A stretch of DNA of 64,000 nucleotides from NCBI RefSeq assembly GCF_000143415.4, contig NW_003314380.1, positions 20,924 to 84,923 of the forward strand, given 5' to 3'. Position 1 is the stretch's first letter, and each line of letters opens with the position of its first letter. A program made the translations under genes and the position numbers. Positions 60,329-64,000 of this stretch are shown in pieces. The notes beneath the pieces were generated by a model, which did no database searches, was not told where the DNA came from, and was given only the letters and a program-made list of their open reading frames with translations. The DNA is from Selaginella moellendorffii (taxonomy: Eukaryota > Plantae > Lycopodiophyta).

Positions 60329-61085
60329 ATGGATGCGTCTGGGGGGATCTCCCGTTCAATGGCGAGCTCAATAGCCAGGAGTTTGATTCCTTGCTTCGGT
60401 TTCTCGAGCAGCAGGAGGAGAACGAGTCCTGCGCTGCTGCCTTCGCATCGGCGCTAAAGCATGGTGACGCGCCAATGCAGGCAGAGCAGTCATCAAAGGG
60501 TGAGTCAAAGCTCTTCTTTTACTCGCTTTTCCGCTTACAGGTTTTCGGGAAGACGCATTGCTGCAGCGTTTCTCGTTGGAACGAATTCACTCCGGAGATG
60601 GAGGGGAGAATTCTTGTTTTCAAGAAGATCAGCAGCACCAGCACGACATTCTCCAGCAGGCACGGCCAGAAGATGCAAAAAGATATCTCCACCCCATAGC
60701 TGCAACAGAGAAGCTGGAAGAATGGTGGAAGAAGAACATAGAAAATCCGTATCCGACGGTAAGATTCTTGCTTCTTATGGTCTTTTCTTCCCTATGTATA
60801 GAAACTAACACTTGCATCTATTCAGGACGAAGAAAGAAGTGAGTTGGTAGCAGAGACAGGATTGAGTGAGCAACAAATCTCTTACTGGCTCAACAATAAG
60901 AGGAGACGCACAAAGACGGTGATTTCATCCTGTGTCGTGGTTCTCAAGGAATGTTACCGCTCTAGAGGGCCACCAGCCCAACCATGTGGTTTCTGTCGTC
61001 GATTACCTGATTGATCTGTTTTATAGGGCATTCTTCACGCAGCATTGCACAACGAGTACTGGAGACTCATTGCATTCTTTTCTAG
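60329..61085 (+). CDS. Divergent TALE-class homeodomain gene (5' start frameshifted or uncertain)
   Basis: Spliced HD ATEKLEEWWKKNIENPYPT|DEERSELVAETGLSEQQISYWLNNKRRR (intron 60759-60825). 5' and 3' ends are approximate. Confidence 0.8.
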
Positions 61086-61574
61086 CGTGAGTGCACTTTG
61101 TTATCGAAAGCAGAGGAAGTTCCTCCAGTCGCATTGATCCAATCGACGATACGTTGTCTATGAGCCGAGCATCTTTACACGAAGGTGGAAACGTTGCATA
61201 TGCAAGTAAAATACATGACTTGCCTCATTTAATATTTACAGCGATGTCCCAGCACTCTCAGATCACTGGCTTCAATATATTCTTTCACGTAGCTCCTCAA
61301 ACGAGATAATCGACATATACGACATTGCTGTAATATTCTTAGAATATTCTGTTATACCCAAAGGATTCTGTCAAGGTTTTAAATTGACAGTTTTAGAGGC
61401 AATAAAGGATAAAAAGAACATTAATTATAATAAAATTAAATCCAATCTCAAATTCTTAGTGGCAATTGTTAACTAATAGAGGTTCAGAGTTTAGATCCTA
61501 TTTTTCAGTTAATCTGCATGTTGCATGCAGTCACATTTTGTTTTATTATCGTATTTATTAATCCAATTGATCTA

Positions 61575-61710
61575 AATTTTATAATTTATAAACATAAAAT
61601 TAATCTTATTGCATATCAACCATTAGATGGTAGAATATCTTAGGATATTTAAGCATATTCTAGGTATATCCATTACCATCCTTACAGGTTTGATTAAGCA
61701 AACCTAAAGC
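61575..61710 (-). repeat. AT-rich dispersed repeat, copy 2 (inverted relative to 11797-11945)
   Basis: CAGGTTTGATTAAGCAAACC and TTAGATGGTAGAATATC are reverse-complement matches to copy 1. Confidence 0.7.
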
Positions 61711-62559
61711 TTTATTGTAATAACTAAAAGCAAATTTTGTATTGAGACTAATTATTAGAGTAAGAATTCTCTATTTATAATGTAATTTTATATAAATTAT
61801 TTTTATTAATAATATAAATATCTTTCTTGTCTTATTTCTCTGTAATTTAATATAAAAAATTTATTAATAATAATGTAACATCCATAATATTGCAGATCTA
61901 AAGCTTAGTATTTGAATCCATTCCAACAAATACATAATAAGAAATATATATATGCTTGCAAGGGATGAAAATTTTACCATAGACCTCCCCATTTATAGTA
62001 TCAATTCCAAGGTTGAGAACTATAAATTTGTGATGATGGTATTATTGTTTGATACTGTTACTTTTAACTTTTGCCTTCAACTTTCAACTCCAATGCCTTT
62101 AAATATGTTATTCTTTGAGCAAGTATTTGTAATTTTCACATATTTGTTTTTTTTTTTTTTTTTTAATTTCTTGAGAAAGTTTTGGGCTTGAGCTTCTAAC
62201 TTTGGTTGTAAAGTGTTTTTTTTTCAAATTTAAAACCTATTTAAATTAGAGTAAATTAACTAATACATGTTCTAGTAACCTATGCTGCAACTTATGTTGA
62301 ATTAAACCATATGAATTGATCAAAGTGTTGTGGAGGATTAACATTGTCCCTAAAAAATGGAGCTGGAATATGAGTGCTTATTATAATCTGTTTACCACAT
62401 AATTTTCCTTTAGTCCAAGCAAAACATTTGACAGTGAATTTTGTTATCATCATACTCCCTTATTTAAACGTGCTATTGGCATATGGCATCTGGCATCTTT
62501 TATTCCATTTTTAGAATATTATTTCTGAATATACTTATAATCTAATGATTCAAATTCAA

Positions 62560-63170
62560 AAAATTCAAATAGATGGCATAGATCAAGTGCCAAAGGGGTG
62601 GCAACGCTTCAATGAAGATCAGCATCTCACTATCAGGTTTGTCTTTTTTTGTGTGTGAAACTACATTGTAAACCTTGGTGTGCAGCATGCAGCAGTGGTT
62701 GTACACAATAAGATGTTCATGATTGGAGGGAACCACTATGTGAACGATGTCCAGGTATGTAGCTTTTCGCTCTTTAATAACTGTTTGTTGTGGGTGGCCA
62801 CTCAAAAAACTTCCCCGACTCTGTCTCAGGTTAATGTAATGCAGAGGAGCTTTGAGATCCATCTCACTTCAGTGCTCTCTATCTCCAGTTCATGCTTTTC
62901 ACACAGGGACTTTCACTTTCACTTGCAGGAACAAGATCCAGACTTGTAGTCAAGTCGCAAGGGGAAAAAGTTGAGGAAATTGGTGAAATGGCTTTATATT
63001 TTTTCATTTTTGTGTTATAACTAAAACTTTGCAGCATTATGCAAGACAATGATTTAAATCCAAGCCTTCAAGAGTACACCCTGCTGTAAACAACTCTCCT
63101 CCATCCCTCTTGCTGCCATCAGCAAATGGTGGGATTGTCACGGAGATGAAAATGGAAGAAAGTGCTCCAC
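62560..63170 (+). pseudogene. Kelch-repeat (ACBP4/5-like) gene fragments
   Basis: Exon HAAVVVHNKMFMIGGNHYVNDVQ bounded by AG/GT; no complete gene. Confidence 0.6.
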
Positions 63171-63984
63171 TATTATAGAGAGATTGATGTTTGCAATGAA
63201 TGGTTTTCACCTCTAGTATCTGTCTACCTCGATTGTCCACGTGGTGGAGAACAACCTCTGGGCAATCGCCATGGACCACTTTCAAGCTACATTAGTGCCG
63301 GAGATCTGGAAGAAAAGAGAGGCTTTTGTATGCATGGAGTTCACATCGATGGAATGGACATGCTCAAAGTCGGTGAGGTGGCCAAGGAAGCCATTGCGAG
63401 AGCTCAGAGGGGTGACGGCCTGATATTAGTGGAGTGTGAGACTCATCAGTATATAGAGGTCATTCTCTCACCAATCTGGACGAGCTCTGCAAGCCTGGTA
63501 AGTGCCTTGCTTTGTTCTTCACTCTCTTCTGGTTCTTTAGAAGCTAGACTTTGTTCTTTCTTTCTGTCCAGAGCAAAAGAGCAAGCATGCCGCTTGCAAT
63601 CCCATCCCTCCTTTCAAGAAGTACTTGCTGGAAGAAAGACTAGCCAGTGAGGCAGAGTTGAAAGCCATCGAAAAGAAGAACGAGGAGATTGTGGAGGATG
63701 CCGTGGAGTTTGCGGACACATCCCTTCTTCCACCTCATATCCAGATCCTGGAGAACGTTGGTGGATCGCTGAAGCTTTGGAATCTGGTGGGATGGGAAAT
63801 ACAGGGGCGAGGATCCAGCCTTCACACAACAAAAATGTTTAGAGACAGGATGCTTTTTGTTGTGGGTGGCCACTCATAAAACTTCCCCGACTCTGTCTCA
63901 GGTTAATGTAATGTAGAGGAGCTTTGAGATCCATCTCACTTCAGTGCTCTCTATCTCAAGTTCATGCTTTTGACACGGGGACTT
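62786..63984 (+). repeat. ~127-bp direct repeat (62786-62912 and 63858-63984)
   Basis: TGTTGTGGGTGGCCACTCA...CAGGTTAATGTAATG...GGGACTT occurs twice with few mismatches. Confidence 0.92.
63235..63815 (+). pseudogene. Plastid-type pyruvate dehydrogenase E1-alpha 3' fragment, frameshifted
   Basis: VVENNLWAI, GVHIDGMDMLKV.EVAKEAIARA.RGDG..LVECET, RGHSL and AELKAIEKK.EEIVEDAVEFAD are spread over different frames. The intron is retained and the N-terminal half is missing. Confidence 0.9.
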
Positions 63985-64000
63985 AACTGATGTTGCACCT

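Noticed and set aside
12250-61300. Possible functional or biosynthetic gene cluster (e.g. organellar RNA factors OZ, PPR, SVR1)
   Set aside because: The genes are interspersed with unrelated functions, and PPR genes are abundant enough that co-occurrence is expected by chance.
1-64000. CRISPR arrays, rRNA, tRNA or prokaryotic operons
   Set aside because: None seen; the window is spliced plant nuclear DNA with no regularly spaced repeat-spacer structure.

Overview
Eukaryotic land-plant genomic DNA. The very compact genes, many ~50-60 bp introns, GC-rich exons and PLS-type PPR gene suggest the lycophyte Selaginella (inference, not verified). There are three zones. (1) 1-~12200: a decayed, nested Ty3/Gypsy LTR-retrotransposon island, including a rearranged chromovirus, a ~300 bp fold-back and a 100-N assembly gap. 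(2) ~12250-61300: a gene-dense island of about 23 genes: CC-type glutaredoxin (ROXY-like), VPS11, VAR3/OZ-like RanBP2 zinc finger, MIKC-type MADS, a degenerate tandem segmental duplication with a PPR/HIRAN chimera, PLS-PPR, calmodulin-like, SEP/LIL, three DUF4408/DUF761-like genes, pseudouridine synthase, myo-inositol kinase, DUF716, GDSL lipase, WDR89-like, RING-H2 E3, XEG113, alpha carbonic anhydrase, SMR CDK inhibitor and a non-canonical TALE homeobox gene. (3) ~61350-64000: AT-rich repeat DNA and a mosaic of kelch and plastid PDH E1-alpha gene fragments. The most novel candidates are a two-exon, 64-aa secreted peptide precursor ending in CC-x7-CC (33047-33295, only partly visible in the ORF track), a TALE homeodomain with WLNN in place of WFIN and no recognisable KNOX/BELL partner domains, and a TGACG-dense promoter on the ROXY gene. 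Exon boundaries were read by eye, so multi-exon coordinates are approximate. No database searches were run.
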